From the NCBI RefSeq assembly GCF_900215605.1, contig NZ_OBEL01000003.1, positions 319,523 to 383,522 on the forward strand: a stretch of 64,000 nucleotides of DNA, given 5' to 3'. Both the position numbers and the translations under genes were made by a program. Shown one piece after another: positions 53,401 to 63,440 of this stretch (its first letter is position 1; every line of letters starts with the position of its first letter). The DNA comes from Cohaesibacter gelatinilyticus. GTDB lineage: Bacteria > Pseudomonadota > Alphaproteobacteria > Rhizobiales > Cohaesibacteraceae. The notes beneath the pieces were generated by a model. It did not search any database and was not told the origin of the DNA. It was given only the letters and a program-made list of their open reading frames with translations.

Positions 53401-53561
53401 CCCGCAATTTCATCGAGACTTTATGCCCAATTGTTGACAGTGCAAGGAAATCTCAAGGCTTGCGTCCTATCAAGGCGCGAGAAAGACTTGCAAGCTGGCC
53501 TCCCGTAAGGCATATGTTATGCAGCGAACCGATTTCGACAATTATTTAGGAGACTACGACC

Positions 53562-54104
53562 ATTCGCCGTCCGTATCGAGCGCAGCCAACCCGGGAAACG
53601 GGACCGCGCACAAATAACCAAATCCGTGTAGACGAAGTTCAGCTCATCGATGATAAGGGTGATAACCATGGGGCCGTGCCGACACGTCAGGCACTGGACA
53701 TGGCTTCAGAGGCGGGTCTGGATCTCGTAGAGATTTCCCCAAATGCCAAGCCACCGGTCTGTAAGATCATGGATTATGGCCGGTACAAATATCAGGCTCA
53801 GAAGAAAGCGGCCGAAGCGCGCAAGAAGCAGAAGGTTGTTGATGTCAAGGAAGTGAAAATGCGTCCGAACATCGATACCCATGACTATGAAGTCAAGCTG
53901 CGCAATGCCAATCGTTTTCTGGATGCTGGCGACAAGGTCAAGTTCACCCTGCGTTTCCGTGGTCGTGAAATGGCCCACCAGAATTTGGGCATGGAGCTTC
54001 TGAGAAGGGTCAAGGCCGAGTTGGCAGAGCGCACCAAGGTGGAGCTGGAGCCAAAGCTGGAAGGCCGCCAGATGATCATGATTCTGGCACCAAAAGCCAC
54101 CTGA
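53562..54104 (+). CDS. infC: Translation initiation factor IF-3, initiating at a non-AUG ATT (AUU) codon
   Basis: The ORF track starts at GTG 53676. The in-frame upstream extension (I)[37 protein letters not shown] aligns with the conserved IF-3 N-domain. It opens with ATT at 53562, preceded by AGGAGA at 53545-53550. An AUU start is the known autoregulatory feature of infC. Confidence 0.7.
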   Translation: MRRPYRAQPTRETGPRTNNQIRVDEVQLIDDKGDNHGAVPTRQALDMASEAGLDLVEISPNAKPPVCKIMDYGRYKYQAQKKAAEARKKQKVVDVKEVKMRPNIDTHDYEVKLRNANRFLDAGDKVKFTLRFRGREMAHQNLGMELLRRVKAELAERTKVELEPKLEGRQMIMILAPKAT

Positions 54105-54142
54105 TCGATCTCTGCTAATCCTTCTATTTGCAGATAGGCAAT

Positions 54143-54172
54143 GAAAACCCGGAAAAACTTCCGGGTTTTTGT
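54143..54172 (+). terminator. Rho-independent terminator/attenuator after infC (AACCCGGAA-aaac-TTCCGGGTT plus T5)
   Basis: Read directly in the sequence. Confidence 0.6.
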
Positions 54173-54394
54173 ATTTTCGGGGCTAGATTCGTACTGACGC
54201 CTCTTGATTCATTTTCCCTGCATGGCTATAACCCGCCAGTCTCGGCTCATCCGGCTTATTCTCCTTTTTTGGGTTTAGGGCTGCCGTGGTGAGTCAGAAT
54301 GCTCAATCCGAGACTTGTTTTTCCTCTGTTTGCCAGAGGAAGAGAAAGGTTTCGAGCACAAGATCAACAATCCTATTGGATTCAGGAGAGCAAA

Positions 54395-54592
54395 ATGCCC
54401 AAGCTGAAGACAAAGTCCGGCGCGAAGAAGCGCTTCAAGGTGACCGGTTCTGGTAAAATCCGTGCAGGTCAAGCTGGCAAGCGCCATGGTATGATCAAAC
54501 GTACCACCAAATTCATCCGTACTGCTCGTGGCACCACCATTCTCAAAGATCAGGATGCCAAAGTCGTCAAACAGTTCTTGCCTTACGCATAA
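54395..54592 (+). CDS. rpmI: 50S ribosomal protein L35
   Basis: Start at [14 protein letters not shown], the L35 signature. The ORF-track N-terminal extension is spurious. Confidence 0.85.
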   Translation: MPKLKTKSGAKKRFKVTGSGKIRAGQAGKRHGMIKRTTKFIRTARGTTILKDQDAKVVKQFLPYA

Positions 54593-54626
54593 GAACCTGA
54601 CGCATTCTTTCTAGGAGTTTTCAGAT

Positions 54627-54983
54627 ATGTCACGTGTAAAACGCGGTGTAACGGCTCACGCCCGTCACAAAAAAGTCCTCAAGGCTGCCAAAGGTTACTA
54701 TGGCCGTCGTAAAAGCACCATTCGCGTAGCGAAACAGGCGGTTGAAAAAGCCGGTCAGTACGCTTATCGCGACCGTAAGACCAAGAAGCGCAATTTCCGC
54801 TCACTGTGGATCCAGCGTATCAACGCTGCTGTGCGCGAACAGGGCCTGACCTATGGTCGCTTCATCGATGGCCTGAACAAGGCTGGCATCGAAATCGATC
54901 GTAAAGTTCTGTCCGATATGGCAATCCATCAGCCAGAAGCATTTGGTGCTCTGGTTGAAAAGGCCAAATCTGCCGCAGCTTAA
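54627..54983 (+). CDS. rplT: 50S ribosomal protein L20
   Basis: 118 aa. [26 protein letters not shown] is the L20 signature. Confidence 0.9.
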   Translation: MSRVKRGVTAHARHKKVLKAAKGYYGRRKSTIRVAKQAVEKAGQYAYRDRKTKKRNFRSLWIQRINAAVREQGLTYGRFIDGLNKAGIEIDRKVLSDMAIHQPEAFGALVEKAKSAAA

Positions 54984-55016
54984 TGACTCGATGCTAAAGC
55001 ATCTTTGATACCCAAG

Positions 55017-55049
55017 AACCCGCATCGATCCGTTGATGCGGGTTTTTCT
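55017..55049 (+). terminator. Rho-independent terminator after rplT (AACCCGCATC-gatccgtt-GATGCGGGTT plus T5)
   Basis: Read directly in the sequence. Confidence 0.6.
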
Positions 55050-55183
55050 TTGTCTTTTGAGCATGGATGACCTGCTTTGCAGCAAAAGAAGCTGGAATGT
55101 AGCGGTCAATCTGCTAAAAACGCAAACAAATCGATCCTGATCGCCGGCTTCGTTCGGCGCAAAAGTCCATATCGGAATTTGTT

Positions 55184-56266
55184 ATGTCGGAACTTAATAG
55201 TCTGGAACAGGAGATCCTGTCCAATATCGCAGGAGCAATCAACGAAGCCACTTTGGAAGAAGTGCGCGTTGCCGCTCTGGGCAAAAAGGGCAAGATCTCG
55301 GAAATGATGAAAACTCTGGGTAAGATGACCCCGGAGGAGCGTAAGGAAATGGGCCCGGCCCTCAACGGCCTGAAAGGGCGCGTTGGCGATGCAATTTCTG
55401 CTCGCAAGGATGTGCTGAAGGAAGAGGCACTGAATGCCCGCCTGCTGAGCGAGACGGTTGATGTCACGCTGCCGACCCGCCAGGGCAGCACTTTCGAAGG
55501 TCGTGTGCATCCAATCGCTCAGGTCACCGAAGAGCTGACCGCTATTTTTGCCGATATGGGATTTGCGGTTGCTGAAGGTCCGGACATCGAGACTGATTTC
55601 TATAATTTTACTGCGCTGAACTTCCCGCCGGATCATCCGGCTCGTCTGGAGCACGACACCTTCTTCCTGCCAGAAAAGGAAGATGGCTCCCAGATGGTTC
55701 TGCGTACCCATACCTCCCCTGTTCAGATTCGCACCATGACCAGTCAGGAACCTCCGATCCGCGTGATCTGCCCTGGCCGAACCTATCGTTGCGATTCGGA
55801 TCAGACCCACACCCCGATGTTCCATCAGGTTGAAGGTCTGGTGATCGAAGAAGGCGCTCATATGGGTCATCTGAAATGGGTTCTGGAAGAATTCTGCAAG
55901 GCATTCTTCGAGGTCGATAATATCAAGATGCGTTTCCGCGCGTCTCACTTCCCGTTCACCGAGCCATCCATGGAAGTGGATATCGGCTGTCAGCGCGTTG
56001 GCAACGAGCTGCGCATCGGTGAAGGTGATGACTGGCTGGAAATTCTGGGTTGCGGCATGGTGCATCCGAATGTGCTGCGCAATTGCGATCTGGATCCGGA
56101 CAAATATACCGGCTTTGCCTGGGGCATGGGTATCGATCGTCTGGCAATGCTGAAATATGGCATGCCTGATCTGCGCGCCTTCTTCAATGGCGACAAACGC
56201 TGGCTCGATCATTATGGCTTTGCACCGCTCGATATTCCTGGCCTTGTTGGAGGGCTGTCCTCATGA
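55184..56266 (+). CDS. pheS: Phenylalanine-tRNA ligase alpha subunit
   Basis: 360 aa. Class II aaRS motifs 2 and 3 ([25 protein letters not shown]). Confidence 0.9.
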   Translation: MSELNSLEQEILSNIAGAINEATLEEVRVAALGKKGKISEMMKTLGKMTPEERKEMGPALNGLKGRVGDAISARKDVLKEEALNARLLSETVDVTLPTRQGSTFEGRVHPIAQVTEELTAIFADMGFAVAEGPDIETDFYNFTALNFPPDHPARLEHDTFFLPEKEDGSQMVLRTHTSPVQIRTMTSQEPPIRVICPGRTYRCDSDQTHTPMFHQVEGLVIEEGAHMGHLKWVLEEFCKAFFEVDNIKMRFRASHFPFTEPSMEVDIGCQRVGNELRIGEGDDWLEILGCGMVHPNVLRNCDLDPDKYTGFAWGMGIDRLAMLKYGMPDLRAFFNGDKRWLDHYGFAPLDIPGLVGGLSS

Positions 56267-58680
56267 AATTCACATTATCCTGGCTGAAGGACTATCTCGA
56301 GACTGACGCAAGCCTTGAGGAAATCCTCGAAAAACTGACCATCATTGGCCTCGAAGTGGAAGAAGTCATCGATCAGGCTGCGATCCTGAAAGACTTCACA
56401 GTTGCTTATGTCGAAGAAGCAGAGCAGCATCCCGATGCTGATCGTCTGCGCGTCTGTAAGGTCAATACCGGCAAGGAAGTGCTGCAGATCGTCTGTGGCG
56501 CGCCCAATGCCCGTGCTGGTATCAAGGTTGTTCTGGCCGAGAATGGCGCTGTCATTCCGACCAACGGCATGAAGCTGAAGCCAACCAAGATCCGTGGTGT
56601 CGAATCCAACGGTATGATGTGTTCCGAACGCGAAATGGGCCTCTCGGAAGAGCATGATGGCATTATTGAGCTGCCAGAAAATGCTCCAATAGGTGAGCCT
56701 TTTGCACCAATTCTGGGGCTTGATGATCCGGTCATCGACATTGCCATCACCCCAAACCGTGGTGACGCGCTTGGCGTTTATGGTGTTGCCCGCGATCTGG
56801 CCGGTGCTGGTCTTGGCACTCTGAGGGAAAAAACACCAGCGGAAATCAAAGGCACCTTTGAAAGTCCGGTTGGCATTGAACTGAAATTCGAAGATGGCGA
56901 TAACAGCCCATGTCCGATTTTCACCGGCATCTATGTCAAAGGTGTCAAGAACGGCCCAAGCCCGGATTGGATGCAGGCACGCCTGCGTGCCATCGGTCTG
57001 CGCCCGATCAATGCACTGGTCGATATCACCAACTATATCTCCTATGATCGAGGTCGCCCGCTGCATGTTTATGATGCTGACAAGCTGACCGGTAACATCC
57101 ATGCTCGTTTGGGCCGTGAAGGTGAAAAGCTTACCGCACTGGATGGCAAGGAATATGATGTTCCGACCGATGTTTGCGTCATCGCTGATGACAGCGGCGC
57201 AATCGGCTTTGGTGGCATCATGGGTGGCGAGAGCACTGGCTCATCTGATGTCACCACAAACGTGCTGATCGAATGCGCATGGTTCGATCCGATCCGTATC
57301 GCCAAATCTGGCCGTACCGTCGGCATTCAGTCCGATGCGCGCTATCGTTTCGAGCGCACTGTTGATCCTGCTTTCGTGATTCCGGGCCAATATGCAGCCG
57401 CGCAAATGGTGATGGATCTGTGTGGTGGTGAGCCATCCAATATCGTCATTGCTGGTGAAGCACCGGTCAAGGACAAGATCATCGACTTCCCTATGGGGGA
57501 AGTGAAGCGTCTTGCTGGTCTTGAGACGTCTGATATCGAAATCAAAACCGTGCTCAAGCGCCTTGGCTTCTGGGTGTCTGGCAATGGTGAAGATGTCAAG
57601 GTCGCTGTTCCAACCTTCCGTCCGGATATCCATGGCAAAGCTGATATCGTGGAAGAAGTCGTGCGCGTCATTGGCGTTGATCAGGTCAAACCTATTGCCC
57701 TGCCGCGTCTCAATGCTGTGACCAAACCACCGCTGACGGCTCGTCAGGTTCGTATCCGCAATGCTCGCCGCAACCTTGCTGCCCGTGGCATGGTGGAAGC
57801 CGTAACCTGGTCCTTCACTGAAGCCAAATATGCCAAAATGTTTGGTGGTGGCAAGCCAGAACTGACCCTGATCAACCCGATCTCGTCAGATCTGTCCGAT
57901 ATGCGCCCAAGCCTCTTGCCAGGCCTGATGCAAGCAGCACAGCGCAATGTGGATCGTGGGTTCAACGATCTGGCATTGTTTGAAGTTGGTCAGATCTTCC
58001 TTGGTGATAAGCCGGAAGAGCAGTTCACGCATGCCACCGGTCTGCGCCGTGGTGCTGCCAAGATTGCAGGTTTCGGCCGCCACTGGCGTGATGCTTCCGG
58101 TTCTGTCGATGTCTTCGACGTACGCGCCGATGCGTTGGCCGTACTAGAGTCTATGGGTATGGACAGCTCCAAACTGCAGATCGTCTCCGGCGGTCCTGAC
58201 TGGTATCATCCAGGTCGTTCCGGCAAGATCCAGCTTGGTCCGAAAAATGTGATTGGTACTTTTGGTGAACTGCATCCGAAAATTCTGGATCAGCTCAAGG
58301 TCGACGGTCCGATTTGTGCATTTGAGATCACCATCGAGAATGTCCCGACTCCGAAGAAAAAGGCTACCAAGTCCAAGCCTGCTTTGGTTCTCTCGGATTT
58401 GCAGCCTCTGCGTCGTGACTTTGCTTTTGTGGTGGATACCGATGTGAGCGCAGCAACCATTCTGCGTGCCGCAAACGGTGCGGACAAGAAGCTGATTGCT
58501 GGTGTCAATCTGTTCGACCTCTATGAGGGCGAGCATATGGCAGAAGGCAAGAAGTCTGTTGCTTTTGAAGTGACCCTTCAGCCGAAAGACAAAACACTGA
58601 CCGATGAGGAAATCGAAGCGATTTCCAATAAAATCGTAGCAGCAGTGACCAAGTCTACGGGTGGTGAGTTGCGCGGCTAA
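56263..58680 (+). CDS. pheT: Phenylalanine-tRNA ligase beta subunit
   Basis: 805 aa. 4-nt overlap with pheS. tRNA-binding, B3/B4 and FDX-ACB domains. C-terminal anticodon-binding. Confidence 0.9.
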   Translation: MKFTLSWLKDYLETDASLEEILEKLTIIGLEVEEVIDQAAILKDFTVAYVEEAEQHPDADRLRVCKVNTGKEVLQIVCGAPNARAGIKVVLAENGAVIPTNGMKLKPTKIRGVESNGMMCSEREMGLSEEHDGIIELPENAPIGEPFAPILGLDDPVIDIAITPNRGDALGVYGVARDLAGAGLGTLREKTPAEIKGTFESPVGIELKFEDGDNSPCPIFTGIYVKGVKNGPSPDWMQARLRAIGLRPINALVDITNYISYDRGRPLHVYDADKLTGNIHARLGREGEKLTALDGKEYDVPTDVCVIADDSGAIGFGGIMGGESTGSSDVTTNVLIECAWFDPIRIAKSGRTVGIQSDARYRFERTVDPAFVIPGQYAAAQMVMDLCGGEPSNIVIAGEAPVKDKIIDFPMGEVKRLAGLETSDIEIKTVLKRLGFWVSGNGEDVKVAVPTFRPDIHGKADIVEEVVRVIGVDQVKPIALPRLNAVTKPPLTARQVRIRNARRNLAARGMVEAVTWSFTEAKYAKMFGGGKPELTLINPISSDLSDMRPSLLPGLMQAAQRNVDRGFNDLALFEVGQIFLGDKPEEQFTHATGLRRGAAKIAGFGRHWRDASGSVDVFDVRADALAVLESMGMDSSKLQIVSGGPDWYHPGRSGKIQLGPKNVIGTFGELHPKILDQLKVDGPICAFEITIENVPTPKKKATKSKPALVLSDLQPLRRDFAFVVDTDVSAATILRAANGADKKLIAGVNLFDLYEGEHMAEGKKSVAFEVTLQPKDKTLTDEEIEAISNKIVAAVTKSTGGELRG

Positions 58681-58706
58681 TGGCTGGTCTCATCATTCGA
58701 TCAATC

Positions 58707-58743
58707 AAGAAGAGCACGGCCCTTACGGGCTGTGCTCTTTTAC
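58707..58743 (+). terminator. Rho-independent terminator after pheT (AAGAGCACGGCCC-ttac-GGGCTGTGCTCTT plus T-run)
   Basis: Read directly in the sequence. Confidence 0.6.
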
Positions 58744-58928
58744 ATTCTACAAGGCAGAAGAGAAAGTTTTCTCCAGGCCTGAAATCAAGTCGGCGCCGTC
58801 TGGCAATTCTCCTGCGAAAGTTCGTTCATGCGGACCAGATTGCAGAAAATGTCGATGAACGCATTTAAGGCTTCTTAAGATCGGACGAATCTCGCACACT
58901 CAATTGAATTTGATCGAAGGAGTGCCTC

Positions 58929-59576
58929 ATGGAATCTCCAAATTTGGTGGCAAAGAGTTCAAGCGATAAATTGAAGGAAGAAGAGCGTCGCTTTCTGCTG
59001 ACACGTTTTGTCATGGAAGATCCGGATTTGGTGGAAATTCTGCAGACTTTGCGAGAATTGGATCTGCCTGATTGGTGGTTGGTTTCAGGAGCCATCTATC
59101 AGACCGTGTGGAACTGCCTGACCGGCAAATCCCAAGGTCACGGCATCAAGGATTTCGATATTGCCTACTTTGATCCAGCTGAGAATTCCTACGACGCAGA
59201 AGATCTGATCATCAAGCAGGTGAATGCCGCTATACCAGATCTCGCCGATCGCTTGGAAGTGCGCAATCAGGCGAGAGTGCATCTTTGGTATCCGGAAAAG
59301 TTCGGCCATGCCTATCCGCAGCTAAAATCCAGTGCCGATAGCCTCAATTATTATATGTGTACCACCCACGCGGTTGCGGTGAGATTGGAAGAGGATGATA
59401 GCCTCTCCATTGCTGCGCCATTTGGATTGGAAGATATATTTGCGCTCACCATCCGTCCCTGTCATTCCCTGCCAAGCAATGTCAAACATTATGGTGAAAA
59501 AGCCAAACGCATGATGCGCCTATGGCCCGAATTGAAGGTACTAGATTGGCAAACAGAACAGCCAATACGCTTATAG
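58929..59576 (+). CDS. Small nucleotidyltransferase-family protein (pol-beta-like NTase fold, DxD motif)
   Basis: 215 aa. Motif SGAIYQTVWN...KDFDIAYFD is consistent with a minimal nucleotidyltransferase (GS...DxD). Family-level only. Confidence 0.45.
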   Translation: MESPNLVAKSSSDKLKEEERRFLLTRFVMEDPDLVEILQTLRELDLPDWWLVSGAIYQTVWNCLTGKSQGHGIKDFDIAYFDPAENSYDAEDLIIKQVNAAIPDLADRLEVRNQARVHLWYPEKFGHAYPQLKSSADSLNYYMCTTHAVAVRLEEDDSLSIAAPFGLEDIFALTIRPCHSLPSNVKHYGEKAKRMMRLWPELKVLDWQTEQPIRL

Positions 59577-59586
59577 AAAAGCCAAC

Positions 59587-59808
59587 TCAAACGCTTTCCC
59601 AAATTTTGGGGCTGCAATCATCCGGTTCGCAAAAACAGCATTGTTTGCTACAGCCTGCAGGATCGATTGCGCGGATACGGCCACGTTTTTCCAGATCCTG
59701 CAGCATGGCCTTTGCAGCATCTGGCTCTGTGTCCAGATGAAGACAAACATCGGTTAACGATACCCGTTGCCGTTCACGTATATACTGAAGAAGCTTTCTC
59801 AGGATCAC
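59587..59808 (-). CDS. feoC: FeoC-like winged-helix Cys-rich protein, GTG start overlapping the feoB stop (GTGA)
   Basis: Frame continues from GTG at 59808. Sequence ...RQRVSLTDVCLHLDTEPDAAKAMLQDLEKRGRIRAIDPAGCSKQCCFCEPDDCS matches the FeoC architecture (wHTH plus Cx5CCxC). Confidence 0.55.
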   Translation of the reverse strand: MILRKLLQYIRERQRVSLTDVCLHLDTEPDAAKAMLQDLEKRGRIRAIDPAGCSKQCCFCEPDDCSPKIWESV

Positions 59809-62150
59809 AACGGCATCTCCTGTACGGGGATTTGCGAGCTTCGTGAGCGACGCCCAAATTGGTACAGGGAACCGATTGCCACAGCCAGAAAGCCCAGAAT
59901 ACAAGCAATCCAGATGCTGGAGCTGGCCTGATGCTGGCTGAATGTACCAAGCTGATAAACCAGTACTGCACTACCATAGGCAAGACCGGTTGTCCAAACC
60001 ACGGCAAATGAAGCCCAATGGCCGCCAATTTCGCGTGAGATGGCGCCGATTGCTGCAACGCAAGGGGTGTAAAGCAGGATCATCAACAGATAAGCAAAGG
60101 CACCCAGCTGTCCGTCAAAGCGCGTCACCATGGCACCAAAGGTTGGAACGTCCACTTCCTGCTCCTCAGCGGCGATGGTGTGGTTGGAAATATCGCCAAT
60201 ATCGATTCCCAATGGATCGGTAAGGCTTGTGGTCAAATCCAAAAGGTTTGCAGGAATGGTCGCTGCGGCATCAGTCAGTGAGGAGAGCAAATCAAAGACT
60301 TCATCCTGATCAGCTGATATATCTCTTTGCGCCTGTTCTTCAGCGCCAAGTTGGCCATAGAGAGAATTCAACGTGCCGACAACGGCTTCCTTGGCAAAGA
60401 TACCGGTAAACAGGCCAACAGTTGCTGGCCAATTCTCCTCACTGAGCCCCAGCGGTTCGACGATAGGAGTGAGAGATTTTCCGATCGTGGCCAAAACAGA
60501 ATTCTCACTTTCTTCGTTGCCAAAGCTACCATCGGTACCAATTGAAGAAAGAAGACTGAGAGCCAGAATGACCACAACAATAACTTGCCCTGCTTCAAGA
60601 ATGAAATGCTTGAGTTTCTCTCCGCTTCTTTGAATGGCGAGTATCAGGCTGGGTTTGTGATAGGGAGGCAGCTCCATCAGGAAAGGATCGGCTTTGCCTG
60701 AAAAGAAACAGGCTTTCAAAACAAGGCCGGTGAAAATGGCAAAGCACAATCCAATCAGATACAAGCCAAAGACCAGATTCTGACCGTTACTGGGAAAGAA
60801 GGCTGCCGCAAACAAAGCATAGACCGGCAAGCGCGCACCGCAGGACATGAAAGGTGCCATCAGGGACGTGACAAGTCGTTCCTGTCTTTTCTCCAATGTC
60901 CGCGTTGCCATGATGGCCGGAACGGTGCAGCCAAAACCGAGCAACATGGGAACAAAGCTTTTGCCGGGTAGGCCAATGGTGCGCATGGCACGATCCATGA
61001 CAAAAGCGGCGCGGGCCATATAGCCGCTTTCTTCCAAAAGGGTCAGAAACAGGAACAGGAAGCCAATAACGGGAATGAAAGTCGAAACGGTCTGAATACC
61101 GACCCCGACACCCTTTGGTCCCACCGCAATAAGCCAGGCCGGTGCTCCCCATTGATCAAGCCAATAGCTGGGACCATCGACAAGCAAGGCACCCATAGCC
61201 TGATCAAAGAAATCGATGAAGGCGCCAGATAGATTGATGGTGAATAGGAACATCAAATACATGATGCCAAGAAAAATAGGCAGCCCCAGAAAGCGGTTCA
61301 AAATGATCTGATCCAGCCGCTCGGTCCAGTTCTTGGAGATGCGATCTTTATAGGTGGTCACCTGAAGCGTGATGTGATTGGCAAAATCATAACGACTATC
61401 GGCGATCAAAAGATCAGCATCTTCACCTGTACTCTTCAAAATGGCTGATTGTTCAATCTGTAGAGCCTCAAAATCAGCAGGCGTTAAAAATGACAAGGCT
61501 TTGCTGTCACCAGCCAATGCCTCAATAGCCAACCAGTGCGGATCGACCTGAGCGCCTGCTGCTGTTGCTGTAAAGACATCTTTCAGGCGTGAAAGAGATG
61601 CTGGCAACGGTGTGGCATAAGGAAGCTGAATGGTACTTTTGCTTTTGGTCTTTGAGAGCTCATAGAGTGTGTCTTTTAGCAGATCCAGTGATGCGGCGTC
61701 GCCATGCTTTATCGGAATGACAGGAACGCCGAGTTCATCCGATAATTGCTGGTAGTTGATTTCCAATAGATGACCCTGAGCGCGATCAACCATTGTGAGC
61801 ACTACAATCAGCGGAATGCGCATTTCCAGAAACTGACTGGTGAGATAGAGATTGCGCTCCAGATTGGAGGCATCAAGAATATTGACCACCAGATCGGCCG
61901 AATGAGAGAGGAGATAATCACGCGCAATGCTCTCATCCAGACTGCTGGCATGGGCATTGCTAAGCGAGTAGGTCCCCGGAAGATCAATCAGTGTGACTTC
62001 CATATCTCTATGGCGGAAATGGCCTTCTTTGCGATCAACCGTGACACCTGCCCAGTTACCAACTTTCTGATGATCTCCAGTCAAGGCATTGAACAGACTG
62101 GTTTTGCCGCAATTGGGGTTTCCGGCAAAGGCTATTTTTGCGGAGGACAT
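59805..62150 (-). CDS. feoB: Ferrous iron transport protein B
   Basis: 781 aa. N-terminal G-domain (GNPNCGKTSLFNALTG, DLPGTYSL). Gate motifs and a large polytopic membrane domain. Confidence 0.9.
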   Translation of the reverse strand: MSSAKIAFAGNPNCGKTSLFNALTGDHQKVGNWAGVTVDRKEGHFRHRDMEVTLIDLPGTYSLSNAHASSLDESIARDYLLSHSADLVVNILDASNLERNLYLTSQFLEMRIPLIVVLTMVDRAQGHLLEINYQQLSDELGVPVIPIKHGDAASLDLLKDTLYELSKTKSKSTIQLPYATPLPASLSRLKDVFTATAAGAQVDPHWLAIEALAGDSKALSFLTPADFEALQIEQSAILKSTGEDADLLIADSRYDFANHITLQVTTYKDRISKNWTERLDQIILNRFLGLPIFLGIMYLMFLFTINLSGAFIDFFDQAMGALLVDGPSYWLDQWGAPAWLIAVGPKGVGVGIQTVSTFIPVIGFLFLFLTLLEESGYMARAAFVMDRAMRTIGLPGKSFVPMLLGFGCTVPAIMATRTLEKRQERLVTSLMAPFMSCGARLPVYALFAAAFFPSNGQNLVFGLYLIGLCFAIFTGLVLKACFFSGKADPFLMELPPYHKPSLILAIQRSGEKLKHFILEAGQVIVVVILALSLLSSIGTDGSFGNEESENSVLATIGKSLTPIVEPLGLSEENWPATVGLFTGIFAKEAVVGTLNSLYGQLGAEEQAQRDISADQDEVFDLLSSLTDAAATIPANLLDLTTSLTDPLGIDIGDISNHTIAAEEQEVDVPTFGAMVTRFDGQLGAFAYLLMILLYTPCVAAIGAISREIGGHWASFAVVWTTGLAYGSAVLVYQLGTFSQHQASSSIWIACILGFLAVAIGSLYQFGRRSRSSQIPVQEMPL

Positions 62151-62161
62151 TTGATGACCTC

Positions 62162-62401
62162 TCAGCGCAGGATTTTTTCGATCTTCATGCCATCAGCGTC
62201 GGCTTTTCGCAGGGAAAGAGCAAAGCCTCTGACACGAATTTCAACCGGATCTCCAAGAGGCGCAACGCGTTTTACGGTAAAATGGGCGCCACGGGTCAGG
62301 CCCATGGACAACAGACGCGCACGAAAGGCGCCATCAGAAACTCTGATTGCCTTGATGCGGCCTTCGTCACCGACTTTCATTTCCCGAAGCGTGATGCTCA
62401 T
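62162..62401 (-). CDS. feoA: Ferrous iron transport protein A
   Basis: SH3-like FeoA motif LREMKVGDEGRIKAI...RLLSMGLTRGAHFTVKRVAPLGDPVEI. Start at MSITL. Confidence 0.8.
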   Translation of the reverse strand: MSITLREMKVGDEGRIKAIRVSDGAFRARLLSMGLTRGAHFTVKRVAPLGDPVEIRVRGFALSLRKADADGMKIEKILR

Positions 62402-62534
62402 TTTGGATGGCCCTGATACTTGCAATTGAAAATGACTTGCAGAAAGAATAGAGAGCCTTTGAAGACCTGAATATGATCAAAATCAAATATGAGAAACTCA
62501 ACAATATTGCATTGCTATAGGCTTAACGCCAATC

Positions 62535-63041
62535 TTAGCCATGCAGCAGATCGGTCAGGCTCACACCACGATATTGTTTGGTTTGATCCAGCATGACATG
62601 GCTGGCAATTTGCAACTTACCACCGACTTGGCTGAGAAGATCTTCTGTCACGGCGTGATAGCGCTGAATATCGGCACAGACAAAGCGAACGAGATAGTCG
62701 AACGAGCCACTCATCTTCAGGCATTCCACCACATCGGGCAATTTGGCAATGGCTTCTTCGAAGGTGGCAAAAATACTGTGGTCGTGATCGCGGATGGTAA
62801 TGGTTGCCATGATGGTAACATGGCGGCAAAAGCGATCCAGATCGACAAGACCCAAATAGCCGGTGATCAGGCCGATGTCTTCAAGTCGCTTGACTCGTTG
62901 CAGACAGGGGCTGGGAGAAAGGCCGACACGCTCCGACAATGCTTTATTGGTGATCCGGGCGTTGGTTTGCAATTCTTCAAGAATGCGTAAATCAATTCGA
63001 TCCAGCTTCGAGCTTTTGCGCGGCACGGCATTTTTCTCCAA
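62535..63041 (-). CDS. Lrp/AsnC family transcriptional regulator
   Basis: 168 aa. HTH LDRIDLRILEELQTNARITNKALSERVGLSPSPCLQRVKRLE plus a C-terminal RAM domain. Confidence 0.8.
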   Translation of the reverse strand: MEKNAVPRKSSKLDRIDLRILEELQTNARITNKALSERVGLSPSPCLQRVKRLEDIGLITGYLGLVDLDRFCRHVTIMATITIRDHDHSIFATFEEAIAKLPDVVECLKMSGSFDYLVRFVCADIQRYHAVTEDLLSQVGGKLQIASHVMLDQTKQYRGVSLTDLLHG

Positions 63042-63440
63042 GAGTAAGGGCTTGTTCCCAATAAAATTTTGAAGAATATAAAATAACTTATCACGAAATG
63101 CGAGTTTTATTGTGATATCAGATCTATAGAGTTTGAAATAAAATTTCGTTTATTGAGTTTCTTTGGACACTCCCGATAGTCACAGAAGAGGATTTGATAT
63201 CTCCAGCTATTTCCTGTTCTCCTCATCGGGCCAGTGGCGGGGATGTGGCTAGGAACCACTAACAACAGATGAATTTTTTAATTATGTACAATTGCTTAGC
63301 TAGTTATCCTGAAATGAAATCTCCTATTTTGATTTACCGCTTTTTAAGGCATTCTGCATAGTCTTTCTCAGGAATAGCCCCATTAAACGCCGCCAGAAAA
63401 CAGGCTGGTTCCCAAGAAAAAGCCTGGATTGGACGACCAA

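Noticed and set aside
53676-54104. GTG 53676 as the infC start (ORF-track call)
   Set aside because: The conserved IF-3 N-domain continues upstream in frame to ATT 53562. See the infC finding.
54299-54592. 97-aa form of the rpmI ORF
   Set aside because: The N-terminal 32 residues are non-conserved read-through. L35 begins at MPKLKTK (54395).
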